Shown here piece after piece: positions 27,004 through 36,704 of a DNA stretch of 64,000 bases. Position numbers and translations under genes: made by a program. Each line of letters begins with the position of its first letter. Position 1 is the stretch's first letter. A model generated the notes under the pieces. The model saw only the letters and a program-made list of their open reading frames with translations. It was not told the DNA's origin and did not search any database. Source of the DNA: Cryomorphaceae bacterium. Its GTDB lineage: Bacteria; Bacteroidota; Bacteroidia; Flavobacteriales; Schleiferiaceae. The stretch spans positions 16,746 to 80,745 of the forward strand of contig JAYOSU010000001.1 of the NCBI GenBank assembly GCA_038139395.1, written 5' to 3'.

Positions 27004-27986
27004 TCTAGGTGTTTTTTAGCATGCTTGATGGCATTTGACATACTCATTTCAATTCTTCCACCTGCGGCATTTTTGTGCCCGCCGCCATTGAAATAGGACC
27101 GTGCCAAAGCGTTGACATCAAAATCGCCCTTACTTCTTAAGGACAACTTAACAGCACCATCTTCTTCACGCAGGAAAATTGTTAGAATAGCGCCACTGAT
27201 ACTTAGGCCGTAATTCACAAATCCTTCTGTAATTCCCTTTTGGTAGCCCAATTGAAAACATTGTTCTTCCGTTAAATAGAGGAGGACTTTTGTTTTATCT
27301 TGACTTACTTCCATTTGTTCAAGCATCGTACCAAGTAATCGCAAACGAGCTACTGGCTGAGAATCAAAAACTTTATTGTGTAAATGTTGTGGCTGAACAC
27401 CCAAACCTAAAAGCTTAGAGGCAACTTCATGAGTTCGTGCACTCGTTGCACTAAATTTAAAACTACCCGTATCGGTTACTATTCCTGTATAAATGCAAGC
27501 GGCGCTTTCTTCATCCAATAAATGCTCCCATCCCATCATATCACAGAGTTCATAAATCATCTGGCAGGTGGAGCTCATCATTGTGTCGCTGTAGATAAAG
27601 TCGGGCCAATTTTCAGGTTGTTGATGATGATCAATTACAGTCTTTATTGCCTTTGCACCGCGTAATGCTTGTTCCATATCTGCACTGCGATGATAGGCAT
27701 TGTAATCTAAGTGGAATATCATATCGGCCGATTCAATTTTAGCATTTGCCGCCAATTTTCCCTCTGAATAAATCATCACCTCCTCATTACCTGAGAGATG
27801 CCAAAGGAATTCTGGATACGGATTGGGCACTATGACGCTCACACTCTTGTTCAATTTTTCCAAGACTCTTTTTAACGCTAAAGCACTACCCATGGCGTCT
27901 CCATCTGGATTTGTATGGTTTGTAATGACCACATTTTGGGCGGAATCAACCGCATCTTTAAAACCGTCTAAACGTATTTCTTGCAT
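26997..27986 (-). CDS. nrnA: DHH/DHHA1 phosphoesterase (NrnA-type oligoribonuclease / pAp phosphatase)
   Basis: DHH motifs NHTNPDGDAMGS and DHHQQ, plus DHHA1 GGGHKNAAGG. I prefer the ATG at 27986 (MQEIRLDGF...) over the TTG at 28007 used by the track. Confidence 0.85.
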   Translation of the reverse strand: MQEIRLDGFKDAVDSAQNVVITNHTNPDGDAMGSALALKRVLEKLNKSVSVIVPNPYPEFLWHLSGNEEVMIYSEGKLAANAKIESADMIFHLDYNAYHRSADMEQALRGAKAIKTVIDHHQQPENWPDFIYSDTMMSSTCQMIYELCDMMGWEHLLDEESAACIYTGIVTDTGSFKFSATSARTHEVASKLLGLGVQPQHLHNKVFDSQPVARLRLLGTMLEQMEVSQDKTKVLLYLTEEQCFQLGYQKGITEGFVNYGLSISGAILTIFLREEDGAVKLSLRSKGDFDVNALARSYFNGGGHKNAAGGRIEMSMSNAIKHAKKHLEW

Positions 27987-28023
27987 AATGACTACAATCT
28001 CGTACAAAGGTGCGAGAAAAGTG

Positions 28024-28031
28024 TACCTTTG
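28024..28031 (+). promoter_or_regulatory. Candidate Bacteroidota -7 promoter box (TACCTTTG = TAnnTTTG) for ndk
   Basis: An exact match to the degenerate consensus, 31 nt upstream of the ndk ATG. No clear -33 element. Confidence 0.3.
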
Positions 28032-28061
28032 CGGCGCAAAATTTAGAAAAACTGAAATAAA

Positions 28062-28481
28062 ATGGCAGCTAATAAGACTTTAACCATGATTAAACCGGAT
28101 GCTGTTCGCAATGGACACATTGGTGCAATTCTCAACCAAATTACAGAAGCAGGGTTCCAAATCTCAGCTATGAAGTTGACTCAACTTTCACAAGCGGACG
28201 CAGAAGCATTTTATTCCGTACACAAGGAACGTCCATTCTTTGGAGAATTGGTAGAGTTTATGACTTCGGGCCCTATTGTGGCAGCTATTTTAGAAAAAGA
28301 CAATGCTGTAGAAGATTTCAGAACACTTATTGGTTCAACAAACCCTGCAGAAGCGGCAGAAGGAACAATTCGTGCTCGTTTTGCAACTAGCATTGGTGAG
28401 AACGCAGTGCACGGTTCTGATAGTGATGAAAATGCTCAAATTGAAGGTGATTTTCATTTTGCAGGCCGAGAGCAATTTTAA
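28062..28481 (+). CDS. ndk: Nucleoside-diphosphate kinase
   Basis: 139 aa. [10 protein letters not shown], and the active-site His in NAVHGSDS. Confidence 0.97.
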   Translation: MAANKTLTMIKPDAVRNGHIGAILNQITEAGFQISAMKLTQLSQADAEAFYSVHKERPFFGELVEFMTSGPIVAAILEKDNAVEDFRTLIGSTNPAEAAEGTIRARFATSIGENAVHGSDSDENAQIEGDFHFAGREQF

Positions 28482-28582
28482 AAAGAATTTTTAATTACTT
28501 TTGCCCTCCCGTAAGGGACTGCGCGTCAACCTCTGGCAAAAGATGTGAATGTTGACCCACAGCAATAAAAACAAATAAAAAC

Positions 28583-28930
28583 ATGGACTTAGTTCAGTTT
28601 GTAAACGACGAATTCGTTTCTAGAAAAGACTTACCGGAATTTGGCGCAGGTGATACAATCACAGTATATACGCAGATTACAGAAGGTGAGAAAACACGTA
28701 CGCAGTTCTTCCGTGGTGTAGTTTTACAGCGCAGAGGATCAGGTGCTACTGAAACTTTTACTATTCGCAAAATGAGTGGAAACATTGGTGTGGAGCGTAT
28801 CTTCCCAGTGAACCTTCCCGCGATTGAGAAGATTGAGGTAAACAAGCGAGGTAAAGTACGTCGTGCGCGTATCTTCTACCAAAGAGAGCGTACGGGTAAA
28901 GCAGCTCGTATCAAAGAACGACGCTTCTAA
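28583..28930 (+). CDS. rplS: 50S ribosomal protein L19
   Basis: 115 aa. [30 protein letters not shown]...RRARIFY is a canonical L19 sequence. Confidence 0.97.
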   Translation: MDLVQFVNDEFVSRKDLPEFGAGDTITVYTQITEGEKTRTQFFRGVVLQRRGSGATETFTIRKMSGNIGVERIFPVNLPAIEKIEVNKRGKVRRARIFYQRERTGKAARIKERRF

Positions 28931-28950
28931 TCCTCACCACAAGAGATACA

Positions 28951-28984
28951 AAAAATCCCGAGCTAGAAGCTCGGGATTTTTTTT
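28951..28984. terminator. Strong bidirectional rho-independent terminator
   Basis: A perfect 10-bp stem ATCCCGAGCT / AGCTCGGGAT with loop AGA, flanked by AAAAA upstream and TTTTTTTT downstream. It sits between the convergent rplS and OmpA-family genes. Confidence 0.85.
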
Positions 28985-29017
28985 GCCCCTTACTTGAGGG
29001 TGTTATTTTACCTGAAA

Positions 29018-31003
29018 TTACAATTGCTGTACTACGAAAACCGTACGACGGTTCTTTGCTCTGCCCTGTTCGGTCTCATTACTGGCCACTGGGCGACTTT
29101 CACCATAGCCTTTGGAACTCAGTCTAGAGGCATCAATGCCATAGCCATACAACGTATCTGTTACTCGCTTAGCCCTCCTAGTACTTAGATTAAGGTTGGC
29201 CGGAGCATCTCCAATATTATCGGTGTGTCCTTGAATCTGTACCTTTAAATGAGGGTTACTAGATAAAAACTCTGCAAACTCTGCAACGAGTAATTTACTC
29301 AAGTCATCCAAATGGTCAGAGTTAGTTTCAAAGAGGATATTAGGGATGGGATACGATTCTCCTTCCGCCATATCCGTCTGTTCCAGTTCTATCTGCATAC
29401 GACTCACGTCGCCGGGAGGACCGGATGAAGCCAGTGCCAAGCGCAATGGTGCAGCGCTGAACGCAGCCTTCTTTGCATCTAATTTGATCACAAACGCGTC
29501 TGCTTCCTCCTTTTTAACTACCGCTGCAAATGCGCCACTTTCTTCATCTACTTGCAAGGTTGTGGTCTCGCCGGTGGTACTGTTTTTTAAAATCACCTTA
29601 GCCTCATCGTCAGAGGCGAACATGTCTTTAGTCAATGTTCCCTTCACCAATACTACTTCTTCAGGCTGCACGGCTTCATAGAGATTAAAAAAGTATATGT
29701 CCCAGCCGTTGGCCTTATTGATTTTGTTGGAAGCAAAATAGGCTTGCTTCCCATCAAGGGTAACCATCAAGCCAATCTCGTCTTTCTCGGTATTGATGGG
29801 ATAACCCAGATTCTGAGGCTTGTCCCATTCTGGACCGTCATCGGTACTCTTGAACAAATCGTACCCGCCCATGCCCGGGTGACCGTCGCTGGCAAAGTAC
29901 AAGCTCTCGCTATCAGGGTGGATGAAAGGACTCTTTTCGTTCTTTGCCGTATTGATTGTGGGCCCTAAGTTTTCTGGTAAAGACCACGTTCCATCTGCTT
30001 GACGTTTACTCTTATAAAGATCTAATCCTCCAAACCCTCCTTTTCTGTTGCTCGAAAAATATAGTACATCTCCATTAGGTGAAATAGACGGTTGACTCTC
30101 CCAGCTCCCTGGGAGATTGACATTAGGAACTGGACGGATTCCGTTCCAAACGCCATAAGAAAATGTCGTGAAGTACAGGTCACAATTCTGACGACCAGTC
30201 TTTTCGTCGCGCTCACATATAGTAAAAACCATAAGGCGATTATCCGCGGTAATAGTGGGGCCTCCTTCATTATACTTTGTATTGAATGGTGCACTTAAAG
30301 CCGTTCCCTCTTCAAAAAGAAATGAATTGGCACTACTCAGAGTCTTGGCTAAGCTGAACTCCTCTACACTTCTAAGAGGAGACGCTGGACCTTCGTATTT
30401 ATTTCGCTTTTTGCTTCTACGGGTAAAATAAAATTGAGAACCGTCCGGCGTTAAGGCCCCCAAATATTCGTCCCAGCGCGTATTAACATTTCGTGCAGGC
30501 TTCGGATCATAGGGCACTGGATTGGCTAGAAAGGTTTCTTTAAGATTGATTTCTTCCAGCATTCCTTTTACTTCGCTATCAAATGTCGTTTCCCGATCGT
30601 CTTGAAGCAACCACTGTTCAAAATAAGTCTCCGCTTCATCATTGCGCCCAGCTGCCATACACAATGACCCAACTGCATAAAGTAAATCAGGTTTGTAGCT
30701 TGGGCAGCGTTTTACTAATTGTTTCCAGTGTGCCTCTGCGAGATGAAATTTTTTGGTTCGAATACTCAACTCACCCTTTAAATAAAGTGCATGTTGGTCC
30801 TCATCGTTTTGACGTAAGGCCGCACCTATATAAACGCTCGCATTTGGATAATCTCTTTGATTCATGGCACGTATGGCCTTTTGAATTTGTTTTGTAGCGC
30901 TGCGATGGTCATCTCCGCAATGCTTACCCAATTCAACAGGCCCCATTTGCGCTGAAGCCTTTACGGCTAATAACAGGAAAAAAACAATAAAGATTCTTCG
31001 CAT
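29018..31003 (-). CDS. TPR + PD40 (TolB-like beta-propeller) + OmpA-domain outer-membrane protein
   Basis: 661 aa. A signal peptide, TPR-like N-terminus and repeated PD40-type motifs (SPNGDVLYFSSNR, FASDGHPGMGGYDLF). The C-terminal OmpA domain shows NILFETNS...GHTDNIGDAPANLNLSTRRA. Confidence 0.85.
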   Translation of the reverse strand: MRRIFIVFFLLLAVKASAQMGPVELGKHCGDDHRSATKQIQKAIRAMNQRDYPNASVYIGAALRQNDEDQHALYLKGELSIRTKKFHLAEAHWKQLVKRCPSYKPDLLYAVGSLCMAAGRNDEAETYFEQWLLQDDRETTFDSEVKGMLEEINLKETFLANPVPYDPKPARNVNTRWDEYLGALTPDGSQFYFTRRSKKRNKYEGPASPLRSVEEFSLAKTLSSANSFLFEEGTALSAPFNTKYNEGGPTITADNRLMVFTICERDEKTGRQNCDLYFTTFSYGVWNGIRPVPNVNLPGSWESQPSISPNGDVLYFSSNRKGGFGGLDLYKSKRQADGTWSLPENLGPTINTAKNEKSPFIHPDSESLYFASDGHPGMGGYDLFKSTDDGPEWDKPQNLGYPINTEKDEIGLMVTLDGKQAYFASNKINKANGWDIYFFNLYEAVQPEEVVLVKGTLTKDMFASDDEAKVILKNSTTGETTTLQVDEESGAFAAVVKKEEADAFVIKLDAKKAAFSAAPLRLALASSGPPGDVSRMQIELEQTDMAEGESYPIPNILFETNSDHLDDLSKLLVAEFAEFLSSNPHLKVQIQGHTDNIGDAPANLNLSTRRAKRVTDTLYGYGIDASRLSSKGYGESRPVASNETEQGRAKNRRTVFVVQQL

Positions 31004-32454
31004 TAAAGCTCCTCTTGTTCGACTACAGTCAGTTTATTCTCAGATAACGCAATAATTGTGGACACTGATGCATCACCTGTCAAATTCAAAACGGTCCGGA
31101 CCATATCAATGATTCGATCCACCGGGAAAATGATTGCAATCCAAGCAGGATTAAGGCCGACACTCTCTAGAATAGGTATGAGCATGATCATCCCAGCAGA
31201 AGGAACAGAGGCCGCGCCAATTGAAGCTAAAGTAGCCGTGAAAATGATAGTAGCTTGCTGTGCTAATGTGAGGTCTATCATGTGAAATTGAGCCATAAAG
31301 ATGACTGCAACAGTTTGATACAAAGCAGTTCCATCCATATTTATGGTTGCCCCTACAGGCAATACAAACGAACCTATCTCTTCATCAACACCCAAATTGT
31401 CACGAACACAATCCATTGTTACCGGTAAGGTTGCGGCCGTAGATGACGTTGAAAAGGCCAGCAATTGAGCAGGTCTAATTCCCCTCATAAAATAACCCCA
31501 ACTTTTCCAATAGCCCATTTTGGTCTTTCGATTAATAAGAAATGCTAGAACTGCAGGGTATAGAATCAAGATCATAATTAGAAGTCCCAAAATGGTCGAT
31601 CCCGTATAGGCTCCTAAGGCTTTGAAAATCTCCAATAAACGACCGGGTTCGTCGCCAGCCATCGATGCTAACTTACCTGCCAAAAGAGCAAAGACGAAAA
31701 ACGGAGCTCCTTTCATAACTACATCTACCATCTTGATGAAAATATCGGAAAAGCCATTCATCAATTTTGATACTGGCTCCATACTTTGAGCAGGCAGCAT
31801 GACCATCACAATCCCAAAGAAAATGGCGAAAAATATGACTTGCAGCATCAGGCTGTCGTTAAAGGATAGGAAGATGTTAGAAGGAACCATGTCTACAAAA
31901 AATTGAAGTGGGCCGTCCTTCTTCTGGCTTTTTACAGCATTGGCTTTTGCTACCTTGGCGTTTAGCTCTTCATTATTGAGTTGCTCCGTAATTGCAGCCT
32001 GCGCCTCAGACATATACCCTTGCATTGACGGATCCGCTAATAACCTTGTATCATCAAAAAACTCAACCCCTTCTGTATCATTGACCCATAATTCATAAGC
32101 TACACGATTGATGTTCAATTGGTCCTTAGCAGTCTGTTTTCCGGGATTAAAGGTGTTGGCAATCAACATACCCATGCACGCTGCAAGAACAGTAGATCCA
32201 ATATATAACGCCAAAGTTTTTACCCCCATCCTTCCCAAGGTTGCTACGTCGCTTAAGTTTCCTATTCCTGCAATTATTGAAAATAAGACCAATGGAATTG
32301 CAATAAGTTTCAAGAGATTAATGAAGATGGTTCCAAAGGGAGCTATCCAATCTATGGTGAATTCACTCCATCCCATGGAAGAACTGAGTATTGCCCATAC
32401 TATTCCTAAAACTAATCCAATGATAATCTGTACGGGTAACGACGGTTTTTTCAT
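31003..32454 (-). CDS. Dicarboxylate/amino acid:cation symporter (DAACS/GltP family)
   Basis: 483 aa. Family blocks FSTSSTAATLPV and GATINMDGTALYQ, with an insertion of about 70 aa after TM3. The ATG overlaps the aroC stop (ATGA). Confidence 0.9.
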   Translation of the reverse strand: MKKPSLPVQIIIGLVLGIVWAILSSSMGWSEFTIDWIAPFGTIFINLLKLIAIPLVLFSIIAGIGNLSDVATLGRMGVKTLALYIGSTVLAACMGMLIANTFNPGKQTAKDQLNINRVAYELWVNDTEGVEFFDDTRLLADPSMQGYMSEAQAAITEQLNNEELNAKVAKANAVKSQKKDGPLQFFVDMVPSNIFLSFNDSLMLQVIFFAIFFGIVMVMLPAQSMEPVSKLMNGFSDIFIKMVDVVMKGAPFFVFALLAGKLASMAGDEPGRLLEIFKALGAYTGSTILGLLIMILILYPAVLAFLINRKTKMGYWKSWGYFMRGIRPAQLLAFSTSSTAATLPVTMDCVRDNLGVDEEIGSFVLPVGATINMDGTALYQTVAVIFMAQFHMIDLTLAQQATIIFTATLASIGAASVPSAGMIMLIPILESVGLNPAWIAIIFPVDRIIDMVRTVLNLTGDASVSTIIALSENKLTVVEQEEL

Positions 32455-33515
32455 GCTTTGTATTTCAAATTTCTTAGGTAATGGTCGGCCAACACCAATT
32501 GTATCATAGCCTCTACAATAGGGACGGCACGCGGCACCACACAGGGATCATGACGACCCTTTGCAGCAAGAATAGTTGATTCACCATCCTTATTAACCGT
32601 TTTTTGATTTTTGCCAATTGTTGCAACAGGCTTAAAAGCAACACGTACTTCAATTGGAGCACCGTTACTCAATCCACCTACAATGCCTCCAGCATTATTC
32701 GTAGCAGTTGAAAAATCTTCGTTAATAGCATCATTATGCATGCTGCCGGTCATTTCTGAAGAAGAAAAACCGGAGCCGATTTCAAATCCCTTAACAGCAT
32801 TAATACTCATGAGTGCTTTAGCTAAATCCGCTTGTAATTTATCAAAAACAGGCTCACCCAATCCTACTGGAACACCAGTTGCTATGGCGGATATAACACC
32901 ACCAGTACTGTCGTTTGCCGCGCGACATTGTTCTATATAAGTTTCCATCTCTTTGGCCGTCTCTTGATCCGGACAACGCGTTGGATGTGCATCTATAGCA
33001 CTTAAATCCAGTTGTTCAGCTGACGCTGCTAACTTCACGGGTCCTACAGCGCTTACCCAAGCCTTGACCTGAATGTTTGGGAGTATTTGAGCCGCTAGAG
33101 CACCGCCAACAACTCGACAGGCCGTTTCACGTGCACTTGACCGACCGCCTCCACGATAATCTCTATGTCCGTATTTCGCTTCGTAAACAAAATCGGCATG
33201 TGAAGGGCGAAAAACATCCTTGATTTGACCATAGTCTTCACTACGATGGTCTTTGTTTAAAATAGAAAAAGTAATAGGCGTTCCCGTTGTTTTACTTTCA
33301 AAAAGGCCACTGTGGAAGATTACCGTGTCTTCTTCGTTACGCTCTGTAGTCAAATGACTTTGACCAGGACGGCGGCGGTCTAAGGCCTTCTGAACCAAGT
33401 CTAGATTCATTTCTATTCCCGACGGCATTCCATCCAAAATCCCTCCTATTTGCGTGCCGTGGCTTTCACCATATGTCGTGAGAACCAAAGATTTTCCTAT
33501 TGTGTTTCCAGGCAT
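32451..33515 (-). CDS. aroC: Chorismate synthase
   Basis: MPGNTIGKSLVLTTYGESHG..., RPGQSH, RSSARETA. I place the start at the ATG at 33515. The track's 35-codon extension to 33620 would overlap hutI and has no chorismate-synthase counterpart. Confidence 0.95.
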   Translation of the reverse strand: MPGNTIGKSLVLTTYGESHGTQIGGILDGMPSGIEMNLDLVQKALDRRRPGQSHLTTERNEEDTVIFHSGLFESKTTGTPITFSILNKDHRSEDYGQIKDVFRPSHADFVYEAKYGHRDYRGGGRSSARETACRVVGGALAAQILPNIQVKAWVSAVGPVKLAASAEQLDLSAIDAHPTRCPDQETAKEMETYIEQCRAANDSTGGVISAIATGVPVGLGEPVFDKLQADLAKALMSINAVKGFEIGSGFSSSEMTGSMHNDAINEDFSTATNNAGGIVGGLSNGAPIEVRVAFKPVATIGKNQKTVNKDGESTILAAKGRHDPCVVPRAVPIVEAMIQLVLADHYLRNLKYKA

Positions 33516-33561
33516 GCCACTAAAGTAGGAAACTAAAGCACATTCTCCGTAATATTGGGGT

Positions 33562-34803
33562 ATGAACCTGAAGCTAATTAACATAAAATCCTTAGGCGGT
33601 GTGCACAAGGAGGGTATCAAATGGTTGCGAGGCGCAGACTTAGCTCATTTCCCAACGATTGAAAATGCCTACCTCATCATAAAAGAGGGAAAAATTTCAT
33701 CATTTGGTCCCATGGGTAATTGTCCTCAAGATGAATTGCCTGTTCAAAATTGCAGTGGACAACACGTTATGCCCGCCTTCGTAGATTCACATTCCCATCT
33801 GGTTTATGCTGGAACGCGTGAGGAAGAATTCAACCTTCGGCTTAAAGGTGCGAGTTATGAGGAAATCGCTGCAGCAGGTGGAGGTATTCTCAATAGTGCA
33901 GCAAAAGTGAGTACCTCGAATATTGACGAGCTCGTAAGGCAAGCCCAATTTCGCTTGCAGAATCTCATCGACTGCGGCACAGGGACACTTGAAGTGAAAA
34001 GCGGTTATGGTTTAGACCCGGAGAACGAATTAAAGCTCTTGCGCGCAATCAAAGCGCTCAATAATCAAAGCAGCGCCACACTCATTCCTACCTTTTTGGC
34101 GGCGCATGCACTGCCTGCGTGGGCAAAGGCGCAGGGTATGGACGATGCGAGCTACACGAAGTATATGTTGGAGCAGTGCCTTCCAATAGTGCAATCCGAG
34201 GGCCTTGCCCTATTCTTGGACGGATTCATTGAGCGGGACTATTTCAAACTAAACGCACTGCAGCATTTGATCGATGCCAGCACCCAAAGTGGGCTACCGC
34301 TAAAGATTCACGTCAACCAGTTTTACGACATTGGCGGAATTGAAATGGCAGTAGCCGCTCAAGCATTAAGTGTTGATCACCTAGAAGTTATGACCTCAAA
34401 GGCCATGAAGTCTCTACACGGAAGCAATACCATAGCAACGCTGCTTCCCTCGTGCAGCTACTTTCTGGGCATCCCCTACGGCCCGGCCCGCGAACTCATA
34501 GAAAATGACACTATTGTAGCATTGGCCACAGATTACAATCCTGGCTCTTCCCCGGGAGGAAATATGCAGCTCGTTTGTAATATGGCCTGTACTAAGATGA
34601 AGATGACCCCAGCTGAGGCATTGAATGCAGCCACCTTGAATGGTGCAGCTGCCTTGAACCTTCACGACCGAAAAGGCTCAATAGCCGTTGGTAAAGATGC
34701 TGACCTTGTCATCACCAAAGAGATCCCTTCACTAGAATACCTCTGTTACGATTTCGGAATCAACCACATTCAAACCACTATTTTAGGTGGTCATATCCAA
34801 TGA
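33562..34803 (+). CDS. hutI: Imidazolonepropionase
   Basis: 413 aa amidohydrolase. FVDSHSHLVYAG, KIHVNQF, LATDYNPGSSP. Confidence 0.9.
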   Translation: MNLKLINIKSLGGVHKEGIKWLRGADLAHFPTIENAYLIIKEGKISSFGPMGNCPQDELPVQNCSGQHVMPAFVDSHSHLVYAGTREEEFNLRLKGASYEEIAAAGGGILNSAAKVSTSNIDELVRQAQFRLQNLIDCGTGTLEVKSGYGLDPENELKLLRAIKALNNQSSATLIPTFLAAHALPAWAKAQGMDDASYTKYMLEQCLPIVQSEGLALFLDGFIERDYFKLNALQHLIDASTQSGLPLKIHVNQFYDIGGIEMAVAAQALSVDHLEVMTSKAMKSLHGSNTIATLLPSCSYFLGIPYGPARELIENDTIVALATDYNPGSSPGGNMQLVCNMACTKMKMTPAEALNAATLNGAAALNLHDRKGSIAVGKDADLVITKEIPSLEYLCYDFGINHIQTTILGGHIQ

Positions 34804-35786
34804 GTACAGTATTAGAGCATTACACTAAAGAAGATCTCCTTAGCCGCACATCAATTCGTCAGGGCGAAGAACGCTTAGGTCAGAGCATCGCTGCCGTCAA
34901 TGAGTCAGATTGGACCAATGCCAATTCGCTACCACACAAATTCATTATTGTAGGAATTGAAGAAGATTTTGGAGTTCGAGCGAATCACGGCCGGGGCGGA
35001 GCAGATCGTGCTTTTCAAAGTTTCTTGAATTACTTCCTGAACATGCAGGTGAACCGATTTTTTCCCGCAGAATCCGTAGCGATTTTAGGAGCAGTGGTAG
35101 CAACTGCATCCGTCGAAGACGACAATATTGAGGCTTTGCGCGAAGCCACGGCAGCGAACGATCATACGGTAAGCGCTATAGTCCGCAGAATAACTGAATT
35201 AGGTGCCATCCCAATAGTGATTGGCGGGGGGCATAACAATGCCTATGGTTGTTTGAAAGGCAGTAGCGAGGCTAAAGAACGATCCATCAATTGTCTGAAT
35301 ATTGATGCACACACAGACCTGAGATCCACTGAAGGCAGACACAGCGGCAACGGTTTTACCTATGCAGCAGAGGCGGGCTACATGGCCAACTACTTTATGC
35401 TCGGGCTGCAAGAAAACTATACGCCAGAATACATTTGGCAAACGATTGAGCACAACGACGCCTTTAATGTGGCAAGCTTCGAAGATTTACAATCGGGTGA
35501 ACTGACTCAAGATGAGGCACTCATTCATGTTGCAGAACATTTGGGGATGGAGTATGCATTGGAATTAGACGTGGATGTTATTGCTAATTTCCCCTCAAGC
35601 GCACAAAGCGTGAGCGGATTCTCCTTCGATCAAGTTCGTCAAATCATTTACGCACTCGACATGCTTCCCCACTACTTCCATCTTTGCGAAGGCCGCGTAA
35701 CCAGCGAAGAGGAAAATGCTGTTGTAGGAAGAGGATTAGCCCTGCTCGTATCCGATTTTATAAAAGCTCACATCTACAGCGAATAA
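34800..35786 (+). CDS. hutG: Arginase-family hydrolase, probable formimidoylglutamase
   Basis: 328 aa. Mn-ligand blocks VIGGGHNNAYG, NIDAHTDLR and ELDVDVI. ATGA overlap with hutI. Substrate is assigned from context only. Confidence 0.7.
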   Translation: MSTVLEHYTKEDLLSRTSIRQGEERLGQSIAAVNESDWTNANSLPHKFIIVGIEEDFGVRANHGRGGADRAFQSFLNYFLNMQVNRFFPAESVAILGAVVATASVEDDNIEALREATAANDHTVSAIVRRITELGAIPIVIGGGHNNAYGCLKGSSEAKERSINCLNIDAHTDLRSTEGRHSGNGFTYAAEAGYMANYFMLGLQENYTPEYIWQTIEHNDAFNVASFEDLQSGELTQDEALIHVAEHLGMEYALELDVDVIANFPSSAQSVSGFSFDQVRQIIYALDMLPHYFHLCEGRVTSEEENAVVGRGLALLVSDFIKAHIYSE

Positions 35787-35787
35787 C

Positions 35788-36699
35788 ATGAGCTATCGGA
35801 TAGAATGCATACCCAACGTAAGCACCGCCGATCCGGCCATCTTGGACCGCATTGTTGCAGGAGTGGAAGCTACGGATGGTGTAACACTGCATTTTGTAGA
35901 TCCCGGTAAAAGCGCCAACCGTACGGTATTCACCTATCTCGGTCCCGTGGACCAAGTCCTAAAGGCCACTGAAACGCTCTTTGCTATTGCTCTAAGCGAG
36001 ATAGATATGCGCGAGCACCAAGGTATTCACCCACGAATGGGCGCTGTGGACGTTTGTCCTTTCGTTTTGCTTGACGATGAATCCTATGCAGAAGACTTAC
36101 TCCGACGTGTAGGCGCATTCGCCCGAAAAATAAGTGCGAAACACGATGTAGCAATTTATGGCTACGAGCATTTAGCGACCAACCCAAGTCGAAAAAACCT
36201 CGCGGCAGTGCGCCAAGGAGAATACGAAGGCCTAGCGGAAAGATTTCAACGCGGCGACCTCCCCGACTTCGGTCCACAGACATACACCTCGACCGTAGCC
36301 CTGCACGGCGCCACAGCGATGAGTGTGCGCCCCTTGATGGTTGCTTACAACGTAAATCTAATCGGTGGCGAGATTGAGCAGCGGTTAAAAGCAGCAAAGA
36401 AAATAGCTGGAAAAATCCGAGAACGTGACGGCGGTATGCTGGGGGTGAAAGCCATAGGATGGTATTTGCCCGATTTCGATCTCGTACAAGTCAGCTGCAA
36501 CCTCACCAAGCCGAATGTAGCCGGAGTTTGTGAGGTGTTTACCCGAGTCCAAGAACTGGCGGAAGAAATGGGATTTGAGGCCCCTTCCTCGGAACTTATC
36601 GGTTGCATTCCACAAAGCCAATTCACCACAATGACCCCCAAAGAATTAGGATTTGGTAAGCTAAAGCCTTTTGAAGAAATTAGAATACTTGATATCTAA
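35788..36699 (+). CDS. ftcD: Glutamate formimidoyltransferase (FtcD N-terminal type)
   Basis: 303 aa. ECIPNVSTADPAILDRIV..., HPRMGAVDVCPF. Starts 1 nt after the hutG stop. Confidence 0.85.
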   Translation: MSYRIECIPNVSTADPAILDRIVAGVEATDGVTLHFVDPGKSANRTVFTYLGPVDQVLKATETLFAIALSEIDMREHQGIHPRMGAVDVCPFVLLDDESYAEDLLRRVGAFARKISAKHDVAIYGYEHLATNPSRKNLAAVRQGEYEGLAERFQRGDLPDFGPQTYTSTVALHGATAMSVRPLMVAYNVNLIGGEIEQRLKAAKKIAGKIRERDGGMLGVKAIGWYLPDFDLVQVSCNLTKPNVAGVCEVFTRVQELAEEMGFEAPSSELIGCIPQSQFTTMTPKELGFGKLKPFEEIRILDI

Positions 36700-36704
36700 A
36701 ACAC

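Noticed and set aside
29346-30897. Several 68-111-aa ORFs overlapping the OmpA-family gene
   Set aside because: They fall in a GC-rich block where stop codons are rare on the opposite strand. Ala/Ser-rich shadow translations.
32108-32509. 133-aa plus-strand ORF
   Set aside because: Antisense to the DAACS transporter gene. Its hydrophobic mirror composition is typical of membrane-gene shadows.
33516-33620. N-terminal extension of aroC in the ORF track (also analogous extensions of htpG 42254, mutase 44253, nrnA 28007, fur 11325, DUF3817 14681, GNAT 16607, ykgJ 47198, LruC 49475)
   Set aside because: The extensions use upstream or non-ATG starts. They overlap neighbouring genes or a terminator and have no counterpart in the known family N-termini. 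Downstream ATGs fit better.
35984-36641. Three overlapping minus-strand ORFs (137, 98 and 78 aa) inside ftcD
   Set aside because: GC-rich region with Arg/Leu-rich translations. ftcD on the plus strand has clear family motifs.
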